DNA from: Verrucomicrobiota bacterium
Lineage (GTDB): Bacteria > Verrucomicrobiota > Verrucomicrobiia > Limisphaerales > RI-55
Direction of reading: 5' to 3'
Length of the DNA stretch: 64,000 nt
Assembly: GCA_041689265.1 (NCBI GenBank)
Contig: JBDNGP010000021.1
Span: forward strand, 8,572-72,571
Made by a program: the position numbers and the translations under genes. How positions within the stretch are numbered: the stretch's first letter is position 1; each line of letters begins with the position of its first letter. Of this stretch, positions 46,320-57,000 are shown piece by piece. Below the pieces are notes generated by a model. It was not told where the DNA came from. It worked only from the letters and a program-made list of their open reading frames with translations, and did no database searches.

Positions 46320-48185
46320 CTACGGATTCAAGTTCATCTGAATGCTCTTTAACAGATTCGGAATGTAGTCGCCGAATTTCTTCGGAACCCCGGCGGCGTC
46401 CGTCGGAAGAGCAGCGATTGCAGCTTCGTCCGACCTCGCCCGAATCCCCATGGAATCGATTGCATTCAGGGCCATCATCGCCACGTAAGGCCCGTTTTTA
46501 TCGACCGCCGCCGCCGCCATCAAAACCTCCAGAGCGCGTGCCGTGTCCGCGTCATTTCCGTAGCGACCGAGCGCTTCCGCCGCGGCAATACGTGGTGCCG
46601 GAGACTTGTCGGTCAGCTGTTTCCACAACTCTTCGTGCGCTTCGACAACGGCGTCCGCGCCGCGCATCAAAACGCCCATCGCCGCCCAATAACGAACGGC
46701 ACTGTCGCCCGAGGTGAAGCCCTTCTTCAACTTCCGCGTCGCGTCGGCTTTCAACGACGAGGCGGCCTCGGCCATCGCCATGATCGGCTTCATGTCGTAA
46801 GCCCATTCGTCGTGGCCCATCGTGAACGGCGGCGCTCCCGGGTCCCGCGACTGCACTTCGTTCTCGGGCAGGAATCCGAGGTCCCGGATTTCCAGCGCGT
46901 GCTGTTGTTGTTCCTTCTTCAGCCGGGCCAGAATGCGTTTGTGATCTGCGGAATCTGCCAGATTGTCCACCTCGTCCGGGTCCGCTTGTAGATCGTAAAG
47001 TTCCTCCGGCGGTTTCGTTTTCCAGAAGCGCGACTGCACCTCGGTCAACTCACCCGCGTCGAACATTTTCTTCCACACACGGGTCGTTGGCGTCCGGAAC
47101 ATGTATTCGATGAACTGCCCGTAGATCTTGTGGGGATTGTAATTCCGGATGTAGATGTAGCGCTCGTCACGGAGCGAACGCACAAAATCATAGCGCTCGT
47201 CCATCCGACCGCGAAAACCGTGGAGATACTCCTGCGGCTTGGTGTCGAACTCACCGGCAAAGGCGTGGCCCTGCATCCACTTGAGCGGTTTGATGCCGGC
47301 CAGACTCAGAACCGTCGGCGCCAGATCAATGAACCCGACCAGCCGCGCCGTCGCACCGTCCGCCACATAATCCTTTGGCGCGAGGTGCTGCCAATTCGGA
47401 GGGAAGTAAACAACCAGCGGAACCAGCAGTCCTGAATTGTACGGCCAGCGTTTGCTCCGCGGCATTCCGGACCCGTGATCGCCGTAATAAAAAATGATCG
47501 TGTCGTCGGCGAGCCCGGCTTCTTCGAGGGCCCGCAGATTTTTGCCCACCAGCGCGTCCATCATCGTGATCCGGTCGTAGTACTGCGCCCAATCCTTTCG
47601 CACTTCCGGAACGTCCGGTTGATACGCCGGGATCCGGGCCTTCGCCGGGTCGTGAATCCGGTCCTTGTCGTCGATCTCGTTCCGGATCTGGCTTTCATGG
47701 CTGATGGTGTGGTTGAACACGGAGAAGAACGGCTGCCCCGGCGCGCGATTCTTCCACGTCGCCTTGGTCGACGACTCGTCCCAGATCCCGGCGCTTTTCT
47801 TGAGGTTGTAATCTTCCTTGCTGTTGTTCGAGGTGTAGTAGCCCTGATCACGGAGAAACGTGGGGAACAACTTCATGAACGACGGCAGGCTCACTTCGCT
47901 ACGCATGTGTTCCGAACCGTTCGACGGCCCGTAAACTCCCGAGATGATCGTCGTCCGCGCCGGGGCGCAAACCGGTGCCGTGGACCACGCGTTCAGATAG
48001 CGCAGGCCACGCTTTGCCAGCGCATCGATGTTCGGCGTGACGGCATACGGGTCTCCGTAACAACCCAGCTGCGGCCCGTTGTCCTCGCTGGTGATCCAGA
48101 GAATGTTCGGGCGATCCGCTGCCGACGCGGTGACGAAGCAGCCGGTGAAAGCCCCGAGAATCAAACGGCAAATCAATAGTTTCAT
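46320..48185 (-). CDS. sulfatase with C-terminal HEAT-like repeat domain
   Basis: Signal peptide MKLLICRLILGAFTGCFVTASA, RPNILWITSEDNG and FGly motif CAPARTTIISG. The C-terminal ~170 aa are helical repeats (RYWAAMGVLMRG..., RIAAAEALGRYG..., YVAMMALNAID). The start is set at the ATG at 48185. Confidence 0.88.
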   Translation of the reverse strand: MKLLICRLILGAFTGCFVTASAADRPNILWITSEDNGPQLGCYGDPYAVTPNIDALAKRGLRYLNAWSTAPVCAPARTTIISGVYGPSNGSEHMRSEVSLPSFMKLFPTFLRDQGYYTSNNSKEDYNLKKSAGIWDESSTKATWKNRAPGQPFFSVFNHTISHESQIRNEIDDKDRIHDPAKARIPAYQPDVPEVRKDWAQYYDRITMMDALVGKNLRALEEAGLADDTIIFYYGDHGSGMPRSKRWPYNSGLLVPLVVYFPPNWQHLAPKDYVADGATARLVGFIDLAPTVLSLAGIKPLKWMQGHAFAGEFDTKPQEYLHGFRGRMDERYDFVRSLRDERYIYIRNYNPHKIYGQFIEYMFRTPTTRVWKKMFDAGELTEVQSRFWKTKPPEELYDLQADPDEVDNLADSADHKRILARLKKEQQQHALEIRDLGFLPENEVQSRDPGAPPFTMGHDEWAYDMKPIMAMAEAASSLKADATRKLKKGFTSGDSAVRYWAAMGVLMRGADAVVEAHEELWKQLTDKSPAPRIAAAEALGRYGNDADTARALEVLMAAAAVDKNGPYVAMMALNAIDSMGIRARSDEAAIAALPTDAAGVPKKFGDYIPNLLKSIQMNLNP

Positions 48186-48246
48186 AGTCAAAGGCATCGG
48201 CCGCAGTGTGCCGGTCGAGCTTCCTTGCGGCAATTGTTTATCTGTC

Positions 48247-48255
48247 GGGGGGGGG
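48247..48255. repeat. homopolymeric G9 (C9 on the sulfatase strand) tract
   Basis: Nine consecutive G, 62-70 nt upstream of the likely sulfatase start codon. Alternatively these are codons 4-6 of the longest ORF, which starts at 48263. Confidence 0.95.
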
Positions 48256-48447
48256 TGAATCACAAACCAGTTGGCCGGATGTCGGAGAACGATTTCTGAT
48301 TCACTGACTGCTTCCCCGCGCCGTTATCCGTTCCTGTGCATCCACGGAGTTTGCGGTAAGAATTCCTTCTTTCGGCCGGTTAAAAACCGGCGCCACATAT
48401 CGCCAATAGACCAGTCGGTAAGACCTGACTTCCGACCACGAACCCGA

Positions 48448-49323
48448 TTACTCCCGCTTGAACATCCCCATGTCGTCCAGCCATTCGAGGTAACGTTCCG
48501 GCCATTTCCCAACCGCGCCCTTCAGCGAATCCCGCACGCCGAATCCGTGACCGGCCTTCGCGTAAATGTGCAACTCCGCCGGTACGCCGATCTCCTTGTA
48601 TTTCAGGTACACCTCCGCCATGCCTTTCGAGATGTCCGGTCGGTCATTGAATCCGCACGCGATAAACACCGGCGCGGATTCCTTGCTCACCTCAAAGCGG
48701 CTCGAGCTGCCGGGATAGATTAGTCCGACAAAATCCGGCTTGGATCCGACGTGTTCGATGGCGTCTTTGGCGTCTGCTTTTCCAGCGTTGAATCGCATGT
48801 CCGCCAGCGCAGCCAGCTCTCCTCCGGCGGAAAACCCCATCACGCCGATTCGCGTTGGATTGATCTGCCATTCGTTCGCGCGGCTGCGAACAAATTGAAT
48901 CGCACGCTGCGTGTCGGCCAGTGCATGTTCATCGATGGTATAGGTCGAGTCCTTTTCGCGCGGCAGCCGGGTGTAGAGAACGAAGGCAGCGACGCCACGT
49001 TCGCTCAACCACTTGGCGAGGTTGTGCCCTTCGTGCGTCGACCACAGTTCGCGGTGTCCTCCGCCCGGTGCGATGACAACGGCGGCACCTGTCGCGAGAT
49101 CGGCGCACGGGAGGTAGGGAAAGACGCAGGGTTGATGCACGTTCGAGACGACTCGATCACCGCCATCAGTGACACGCACGGATTCTTCGGCTGGTTTATC
49201 TTCCGAGCCGGGCGCGCCGTCCGTCCAGAGCAGAATTCGCTCAGGCAGTTCGGCGGCATTCATCGAAGTGCCCGCCAGAGCCGAGGCAAACGACAAAGAC
49301 AAGAAGAGTTTGGGAATGTTCAT
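48448..49323 (-). CDS. secreted alpha/beta hydrolase (esterase/lipase-type carbohydrate esterase)
   Basis: Signal peptide MNIPKLFLSLSFASALAGTSMNA, oxyanion region VVIAPGGGHREL, nucleophile elbow GFSAGGE and a late GHGF. Confidence 0.85.
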   Translation of the reverse strand: MNIPKLFLSLSFASALAGTSMNAAELPERILLWTDGAPGSEDKPAEESVRVTDGGDRVVSNVHQPCVFPYLPCADLATGAAVVIAPGGGHRELWSTHEGHNLAKWLSERGVAAFVLYTRLPREKDSTYTIDEHALADTQRAIQFVRSRANEWQINPTRIGVMGFSAGGELAALADMRFNAGKADAKDAIEHVGSKPDFVGLIYPGSSSRFEVSKESAPVFIACGFNDRPDISKGMAEVYLKYKEIGVPAELHIYAKAGHGFGVRDSLKGAVGKWPERYLEWLDDMGMFKRE

Positions 49324-49534
49324 AGCGAAGTGGAGCATCAATTTTATATGGAGGCCAATGGATCAAGTGAGCAGACGCCCGGCGGGCGGCAATGATTTCA
49401 TCAAATCCCACGTGATTACGCGACCCGTGTCGTTTGACCTTGCCAAATCGGCGCTGAAAAAGATTCACTCAGAACAGTCCCACAGGCCAACAGCGTAGCG
49501 CACATCCGCGCCGTTTTGTGATCGTCACCAGCCG

Positions 49535-52500
49535 ATGAAGCTCAAATTTTTAGTCAATTGGTTCGCGCTTGCCGGCATCCTCGCTTGTCCCGTGCCCGTG
49601 ATCGCCCAGAACGCCGACCAGCCCGGACTGCTCGGTCGCGCGGCCATCAAGATCGGGCCCCGACTCGCCGAACAAATGCTGACCCAAGGCGACCGCAACG
49701 GCGATGCGAGGCTTTCCGAAGTAGAGCTTCTCGGCGTGGCGACGGAATGGTTCGACCGGCTGGACCCCGACCATTCGGGAAGTTTAAGCCAGGAGGAATT
49801 TCTCCGCCGGTTTGGCGACGCGTGCCAGGTGCCGGGCCTGAACGCGACCCGGGCGCTGCCTTTTTTTGCGGCGCTTGACGCGGACAAAAACCTGGCGTTG
49901 ACCCGCGAAGAACTGTCCGCCGACTTTGAAAAATGGTTCCTTCAATGGGACGAAAGCAAAACCGGCAAACTCGATCAAGAAACACTCGCCGCTGGAATCG
50001 AGTCCATGCTGCCCCGAACCAATCTGAGTGGTGCCACCGGACGCGAAGAGCAGGTTCGACTTCCCGGCCTGCCGACACCTCCGCCCGCCCCGGTGCTGGC
50101 TCCGGGCGCCGAGATGGAAACAGTGCAACTGGTGGACGGATTCCATCTCGAACTGACCGCGAGCGAACCGCTGGTGGAAGATCCGATTGCATTGTCCTTT
50201 GACGAGGACGGACGGCTCTACGTTCTTGAAATGCGCAGCTACCAGCTCGACATCGACCGGACAAACGAGCGCGATCCCATCTCCCGTATTTCATTGTTGG
50301 AGGACACGGATGACGACGGCCGCTTCGACAAGTCGACAGTGTTCGTCGACGGACTCATACTTCCCCGCGCGCTCGCGGCGGTTCATGGCGGCGTCATGTA
50401 TGTGTCCGATTACCAACTCTATTTTGCAAGAGACACGGATGGTGACGGCAAGGCGGATCACATGGAATTGCTCGATGCGAACTACGGTGGCGGCAACGTG
50501 GAACATGCGCCGAACGGCTTGATGCCCGCGATGGACAACTGGATCTACAACGCAAAATCTCAGAAGCGGTATCGTTGGTTCGGCAACACACTGGTCAAAC
50601 AACAAACCGAGAATCGCGGGCAATGGGGCATGACGCAGGACAACTACGGCCGCCTGCTCTACAACATTAACAACAGCCAACTGCTCGGTGATTACGCGCC
50701 GCCGAATTACATGGGCCGCAATTCCAACTACCCGACCACCGCCGGCCTCAATTTATTTGTTACCACAGATCAACGTGTCTTCAGCGCGCGTATGAACACC
50801 GGCGTAAACCGCGGCTACCTGGACGGCGTGTTGGATCCGGCAGGGCGCCTGTACGTATTCGCTTCCTCATGCAGTCCGTTGATCTATCGCGGTGACAATT
50901 TCCCGGCGGAGTTCGTTGGCAACGCGTTCGTCGCGGACCCGGCCGCCAACCTGATCAAACGCAACCTGGTGTTCGACGACCGACTCACGCTGTCCTCGAA
51001 GTTCGCGTATGAGGATCGTGAATTCATCGCATCAACCGATGAACGGTTCCGGCCGGTGAATCTGTACAACAGTCCCGACGGAACATTGTGGGTGGTCGAT
51101 CTCTATCGCGGCATCGCGCAGTACAGTCGTTACATGACCTCTTACCTCCGAAACGAGACCTTGGAACGCGATCTGGACAAAGGCATTCATCTGGGCCGCC
51201 TCTATCGCGTCGTCTCGGATGACAAAACACCGGCGGCGCCGTTACCACTGTCCGCCGAAAGTTCACGTCAACTTATCGACCGCCTCTCGCATCCCAACGG
51301 TTGGATTCGCGATACCGCCCAGCGGCTGCTGGTTGAACGCGGAGACCGTTCAGTCGTCCCGCAATTGCTCAAGTTGGTTTCCAGCAGTACTGATCAATTC
51401 GCGCGGATTCACGCGCTGTGGACGCTCGAAGGGCTGTTCGTTTCGTATCCGTCGGCGAACAACAACATGAATTCCGTAACACTGGCAACCATCAGCGATA
51501 TCGTCCCGGTATTCGCGGCGCCCGACCTGACGCAATCCGTTCTGGACGTCGTGCTCAAGTCGGTCGGCGATCCCGATGCGAAAGTGCAGGTGGCCGCGAT
51601 GCGCGTGGCGGAATCGTTGACCGCGACCAGTCCTGATCAACGCGATCAGCTGTCTGAAGTGGTGTCCACCGTTTGTAAAGACGCGGACGATGAAGTCATT
51701 TTTCAAGCGGCGCTCACCGCCGGGAATTTCACGAAGCCCGCCGCATTGCCATTGCTCGCCCGCGTCGCGACTCGTCGGGCGAATCAACTGCTCATTCGTG
51801 ACGCGATCGTCAGCGGGTTGAGCGGTTGGGAGCTTCAGTTTTTGCAGACTCTGTTGACGGACCCGCAGTGGCAGGAACAGAAACCGGGACGCACCGTCAT
51901 GTTGCAGGGCTTGGCGAGTGCCGTGACCCGGGAAAAACAACCGGCAAAAATGGAGTTGTTGCTCATGCTGGCGGCCGGCCAGGACGCCGGTCAGTTGTGG
52001 CGACAACACGGTTTGCTCGCCGGTATCGCTGAGCTTGCGAATGGACGGATTCGTAGAACGATCCCTCTCAACGGCGAACCGGATTCCCTGCGAATCCTTG
52101 CGAAATCAGAAGATCCACAAACGCGTGAACGCAGCGAACAAATCAAGCCCCTGTTCTCATGGCCGGGCTATCAATCAGAAGTGGCGGCCGCCGCTGCCGC
52201 GCCTGTTCGCGACCTGACGGCGGCCGAAGAAACGCTGATCGCGGACGGCAAGGTGTTGTATCAGCAGATCTGCGCGGGCTGCCACGGTCAGAATGGCGAG
52301 GGCATTCGTCCGATTGCTCCGCCGCTGGCCGATTCCGAGTGGGTGACGGGATCGGTCGACCGCCTGATCCGCATCACGTTGCACGGCGTCAGCGGGGCCA
52401 TCAACGTGGATGGCAGCACGTATCAACCGCCGTTCATTCTTCCGGAGATGCCTCCGCTGACCGTGCTCGATGATGTTTCGCTGGCATCGGTTCTCAGCTA

Positions 52501-52624
52501 CATTCGCACCGACTGGGGGCACAACTCACTGCCCGTTTCGGCGATCGAAGTCGACGCCGTACGCGGTGAGACATCGTCCCGGACAACGCCGTGGACTGAA
52601 CCCGAACTCCTGCAAATCAAATGA
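49535..52624 (+). CDS. PVC-type membrane-bound dehydrogenase-domain protein with N-terminal EF-hands, HEAT repeats and C-terminal cytochrome c
   Basis: The 1029-aa ORF starts with a signal peptide. Four EF-hand-like loops follow (DRNGDARLSEVEL, DPDHSGSLSQEEF, DADKNLALTREEL, DESKTGKLDQETL). The dehydrogenase/beta-propeller-like core has IALSFDEDGRLYVLEM and DGTLWVVDLYRG. HEAT repeats come next (GWIRDTAQRLL, RIHALWTLEG), and the C-terminus carries CAGCHGQNGEG. Confidence 0.88.
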   Translation: MKLKFLVNWFALAGILACPVPVIAQNADQPGLLGRAAIKIGPRLAEQMLTQGDRNGDARLSEVELLGVATEWFDRLDPDHSGSLSQEEFLRRFGDACQVPGLNATRALPFFAALDADKNLALTREELSADFEKWFLQWDESKTGKLDQETLAAGIESMLPRTNLSGATGREEQVRLPGLPTPPPAPVLAPGAEMETVQLVDGFHLELTASEPLVEDPIALSFDEDGRLYVLEMRSYQLDIDRTNERDPISRISLLEDTDDDGRFDKSTVFVDGLILPRALAAVHGGVMYVSDYQLYFARDTDGDGKADHMELLDANYGGGNVEHAPNGLMPAMDNWIYNAKSQKRYRWFGNTLVKQQTENRGQWGMTQDNYGRLLYNINNSQLLGDYAPPNYMGRNSNYPTTAGLNLFVTTDQRVFSARMNTGVNRGYLDGVLDPAGRLYVFASSCSPLIYRGDNFPAEFVGNAFVADPAANLIKRNLVFDDRLTLSSKFAYEDREFIASTDERFRPVNLYNSPDGTLWVVDLYRGIAQYSRYMTSYLRNETLERDLDKGIHLGRLYRVVSDDKTPAAPLPLSAESSRQLIDRLSHPNGWIRDTAQRLLVERGDRSVVPQLLKLVSSSTDQFARIHALWTLEGLFVSYPSANNNMNSVTLATISDIVPVFAAPDLTQSVLDVVLKSVGDPDAKVQVAAMRVAESLTATSPDQRDQLSEVVSTVCKDADDEVIFQAALTAGNFTKPAALPLLARVATRRANQLLIRDAIVSGLSGWELQFLQTLLTDPQWQEQKPGRTVMLQGLASAVTREKQPAKMELLLMLAAGQDAGQLWRQHGLLAGIAELANGRIRRTIPLNGEPDSLRILAKSEDPQTRERSEQIKPLFSWPGYQSEVAAAAAAPVRDLTAAEETLIADGKVLYQQICAGCHGQNGEGIRPIAPPLADSEWVTGSVDRLIRITLHGVSGAINVDGSTYQPPFILPEMPPLTVLDDVSLASVLSYIRTDWGHNSLPVSAIEVDAVRGETSSRTTPWTEPELLQIK

Positions 52625-52664
52625 ACTTCTCCGCCACCGCCGCCCTTTGGCCCCCCCTCCCACT

Positions 52665-53837
52665 ATGAAAACAAACACATTGGTACGCACGCTCTGCGGG
52701 ATTGCATTGAGCGCCGTCGCTTTCCTGCAATCTGTTCCTCTGTACGGCGCGGATTTGAAATTCAAACTGCACGTTATCGACACGAATTCGCTCTACAGTT
52801 CGTCCGCCGCGTTCGATGTCGACAAGGACGGCGACGTGGACATTTTCAGCGGCGCGTATTGGTATGAGGGACCTGAGTTCAAGACGCGTCATTTCGTCCG
52901 TGAAGTCGAGATGATCGGCAAGGAGGTGCCGCGCGCCGATGGTTATTCTCATCTGGTGATGGATGTGAATCGCGACGGCTGGCTCGATGTCATCCTCGTC
53001 AATTTCCGCAGCAGTTCCATCTATTGGCTGGAGAATCCCGGTGCTTCTTCCGGTGAATGGACGAAACACATGGTTGGAGCACCCGGGCAGATGGAAACCG
53101 GCCGACTCTATGATGTTGATGGCGACGGACAATTGGACATCGTCCCCTGTCCGTGGCACTTCTCCGCCTGGTGGGAGCTTTTGCCGGGGAGCCCAGGCCA
53201 GCCACCCAGATTTGCGCGGCATGAGATCGCTGACGAAGGCGGTGGCCACGGAAGCGGATTCGGCGATATCAACGGTGACGGACGCGGCGATTATGTGGGA
53301 ACGCAAGGCTGGGCCGAAGGTCCGGAGGATCCACGCAATGAAAAATGGATCTGGCATCCTGAATTTGAAATCGGACGCACTTCCATGCCGATCGTGGTCG
53401 CGGACCCGGACGAGGACGGCGACAACGATCTGATCTACGGCATCGGTCACGACTACGGCACCTACTGGTTGGAACAATCGAATGTCGATGGCAAACGGAC
53501 CTGGACCAAACACCTCATCGACGATTCATGGTCGCAGGGACACTCACCACTCTGGGTGGATCTGGACAACAACGGCCGAAACGAATACGTCACCGGCAAA
53601 CGATTTTGGGCGCACGAAGGACGCGATCCCGGCGCACGTGATCCGCTGGTGATCTACCGGTACGAATTCGACAAAACCGCCGGCAAATTCCAGCGCTACA
53701 CCATCCAGTCCAACGGCCCGGCCGGAACGGGGCTCGACCCCAAGGCCGTCGATCTCGATGCCGACGGCGATCTTGATCTGGTGCTCCCCGGCCGCAGTGG
53801 CCTCTACTGGTACGAGAATCTGTTGAACTCGAAGTAG
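52665..53837 (+). CDS. FG-GAP/VCBS repeat beta-propeller protein, secreted
   Basis: Signal peptide MKTNTLVRTLCGIALSAVAFLQSVPLYG. Seven Ca-binding-like repeats are present (DVDKDGDVDIF, DVNRDGWLDVI, DVDGDGQLDIV, DINGDGRGDYV, DPDEDGDNDLI, DLDNNGRNEYV, DLDADGDLDLV). The start is set at the ATG at 52665. Confidence 0.88.
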   Translation: MKTNTLVRTLCGIALSAVAFLQSVPLYGADLKFKLHVIDTNSLYSSSAAFDVDKDGDVDIFSGAYWYEGPEFKTRHFVREVEMIGKEVPRADGYSHLVMDVNRDGWLDVILVNFRSSSIYWLENPGASSGEWTKHMVGAPGQMETGRLYDVDGDGQLDIVPCPWHFSAWWELLPGSPGQPPRFARHEIADEGGGHGSGFGDINGDGRGDYVGTQGWAEGPEDPRNEKWIWHPEFEIGRTSMPIVVADPDEDGDNDLIYGIGHDYGTYWLEQSNVDGKRTWTKHLIDDSWSQGHSPLWVDLDNNGRNEYVTGKRFWAHEGRDPGARDPLVIYRYEFDKTAGKFQRYTIQSNGPAGTGLDPKAVDLDADGDLDLVLPGRSGLYWYENLLNSK

Positions 53838-53994
53838 TCGTTTCCGAGTTCAGGCGAAGGAGATCGACGGCGTGTTTGCATACGATTGGCCGGTTAAAAT
53901 CCGGTGTTCCAATACCGGAAATCGTGGTAGGTGGAACCAAGTGCCCTCATTTGGCCCCTCCGGCAGGCGGGAGGGATACAACGGGGTATACACT

Positions 53995-54021
53995 GGCGAA
54001 AATGGAAACGCGGAAACCGCG
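53995..54021 (-). terminator. possible intrinsic terminator of the giant gene
   Basis: Two nt after the TAA, the minus strand reads CGCGG-TTT-CCGCG followed by TTTCCATTTTCG. The stem is short (5 bp). Confidence 0.4.
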
Positions 54022-54022
54022 C

Positions 54023-57000
54023 TTACTGGCGCTTAAATCTCCAGATTTTCGAGGTGCCGGTTTTCGTATCCACTTCCTGCAGCCAGAAGGAATTGGTCAG
54101 CGGTCCATCAATGACCGGCACCCAACCGGTCGGCGAGGCCGAGTTGTTTGATTCGATCAGATAGTTCAGCTCTGGTTCACCGTAGCCCACGACACGGAAC
54201 CAGCCGTTGGTCAGCGGCAACAATTCCATGAGCGGCGGGTTGGGCGTAAAGACACGGGCGCGGAAGAACTGTGAACTTGCGCCGGACGGATCGCCCAGCG
54301 TCAGGGTGTGCCGGTTGGAGGTCATCGGCACCCGCCGGTGCATCGTCCATGTTCCGCTAATGTTTTCGGTGACATCAATTTCGAAGGCGTCCCCTGCCCG
54401 GCCATAGATCAGCACGCGCGGCTGGCCGTTGGTTCGCACCGACTCCAACAGCGGTTCCTTGTCCACCACAATGATGCGCCCGTCCGTCGTCAGAATGTTT
54501 GGAGCGAACGTTCCGTCCGCCTTGGGCGCGGTAAACTCGTCGATCGTGAGTGGCACAAACGCGGACTGCTGGTCCGCCACGGCATCGAACTCGAGGAAGG
54601 CAAGCCGGTTGGAACCGACGATGGTGAGACCTTCGTTGATACGGAACTCGACGAGGTTCAAATCATTTGGCAACGGCGTGATGGTCGAAGCAGCGGACTG
54701 CGCCAGCGGCTGGGTCAGTCGGAGATTCGTGAAGCGACTGCCCGGCAAGGACAGTTTCATCGAGACGTTGGTCACGCCCGTACTGCTCAACAGGGTCAGT
54801 GGAATAATTCCCGTCGTGCCGCTCTCGACAATCGTGGTGCCCACGACAACTTCTGAGTAATCGCCCACCGAGACAGTGAATAAACGCGTGTCACTCAGCG
54901 ACGGCACGCCGTTATCGGTCACCCGGACTGTCACCGGATAATCTCCCGGTGCCTGCGCCCGGGCCGGTCTCCAGCTAAACACGCCACGATCCTGGTCAAT
55001 GTTGGCGTTGCCGGGCGCGCCGGGATCGAGGCTCCAGATCAGCTGGTTCGCCGGCAGATCAACATCCGACGCGGTGTTGGTGTGGAGCATCAGCACACCG
55101 ACCTCGCCGACCAAATTCGGAATGGATGCAATCGTTGGCTTGGTGTTGGCGCCACTCCGTTGCCACGCGACGATCGAACTCCCGATTCCCGGATTCCCTG
55201 CCTCGTCTTCGAGCCCGGCAAGATTGAACGTGAGCGTATAATTACCCGGAGCATCGGTAACACCCGAGAGGTCGCCGATCGAATAGACGTTCGTTGAGAT
55301 CTTGGTCCAGCTGATCGGTGCGGCAATCAGGTTGGCGCTGGAATCACGTTTCAATGTCGCGTCCGCCAGCGCGAATGAGTTCTGATTCATTGCTTCGCTG
55401 AAGCGCACGACAACAGAATTTACCGGCGTGTTGCGCGGAGTTGGCGTCACCGGATCGACGGTTGCCAAAGGTGGCGTGGTGTCGATGAACACATTCATGT
55501 AAACGTCGGTGGAAACGTTGGCCGCGTTGTCGATGAGGTTCACCTTCAACCGATGAGTCCCTTGCTGGGCGAAGTTCAACGGCGCGGAGAACGTTGTTCC
55601 GGTCACCGGAAACGCGCCCAGATCCTGGTCCAGCGTCATATCGCGCACCCGCAAGGTGAGCCCGGTACGAGCGGCGGTTCCTTGAAGATTCGGTTTCAGA
55701 TTGTTGATCAGCAGATCCGTTGATGACTTTCCAAGATCCGGCACCAACGCGAGATTCTGTGGTGGAATTGGCCGGGTGGTGATCATCTCCCATGTTTCAG
55801 AGATGCTTCCGCTGCCGACGTTTCCGGCCATGTCCTGAATCCCCGCCGCGTCGACCGTCAGCGTATAGGTGCCCTGTTGACCGATCACCCAGTTGAAGTT
55901 CGAAATACGGTAGGTGGTGGCGTCGATCTTGTTCACGACCACTTCGCCAGTCACAAGATTTTGGCCGACATCGCGGGTGATTCGGAGATCGCGATAATCG
56001 AATGTGGCTGAATTGATGGGCGACTGGAAGAACACATCCAAGGACAGCACGACGATGTTCCGTGGGTTGGTCGCGAGTCGTTCAATGTCGGCAAACGCCG
56101 GACCGGTGGTCACGGTCAACCAGCTCGCACTCAGCTGGCCAACTCCCGAACTACCAAGGTCGTCCTCGACGCCGGTTGCCGACACAGTCAGATCGTACAA
56201 TCCGCCACTCAGCGTCAGACCATTCAGTCCGCCGATGCGGAAGCGTCGGGCGTCCAACGGCGTGATCGTGACGCCGTTATCGATCAGGTTCGCGCCACCG
56301 TCCAACCTCAGCGACACATCGTTCAGATCGATCGTCGTTGGATTCATGTCGCTCGAGAATTCCACGTCGATTTGGGTCACCGGCGTATTTCTCGGGTTCG
56401 GCAGCACAGGACCGAGCCCGACAACGACCGGTGCGCCTGAACCCTTTGCCCAACCGGTGGACGCCATTCCAATTCCCGGATTACCGGCGAGATCCTCAAT
56501 TCCGGCGGCATCGACGACCAGCAGGTAGTTGCCGTCGCCACCGGTCGCGGCGGTCAATCCACCGATGCGATATTCGCCCACGCCGATTTCGGTCACCGTC
56601 ACCGAACCGTCGATCAGGTTCGCACCGCTGTTCAACGACAGGAACAGGTCTTCGACCCCAAACGTTGACAGGTCAATCAATTCGGAGAACTCGACATCAA
56701 CCGAAGCCACCGGACCGGTCTGAAGCAATGGCGTCGGACCGGCAATGCTGACGATCTCCGGAGGAATCGATTCTGTTGGACGATAGTAAAGTGTGTAGGA
56801 ACCGGTGCCGTCATAATCGAGAATGTGCAGTTTGTTCTCGCGCACCGCACCGGCGATTGAGGACGGGAACGTTCGGTCAGTGGTCCATACGTTTTTGTTC
56901 ACCAGCAATTCACGGTCATTGCTGTCGACGACCTTCCAAAGTTCAAGACCCGGACCGGGATCGTTCATCACCAGGTAGCCCCAACCCGTCGGCATCGTGG

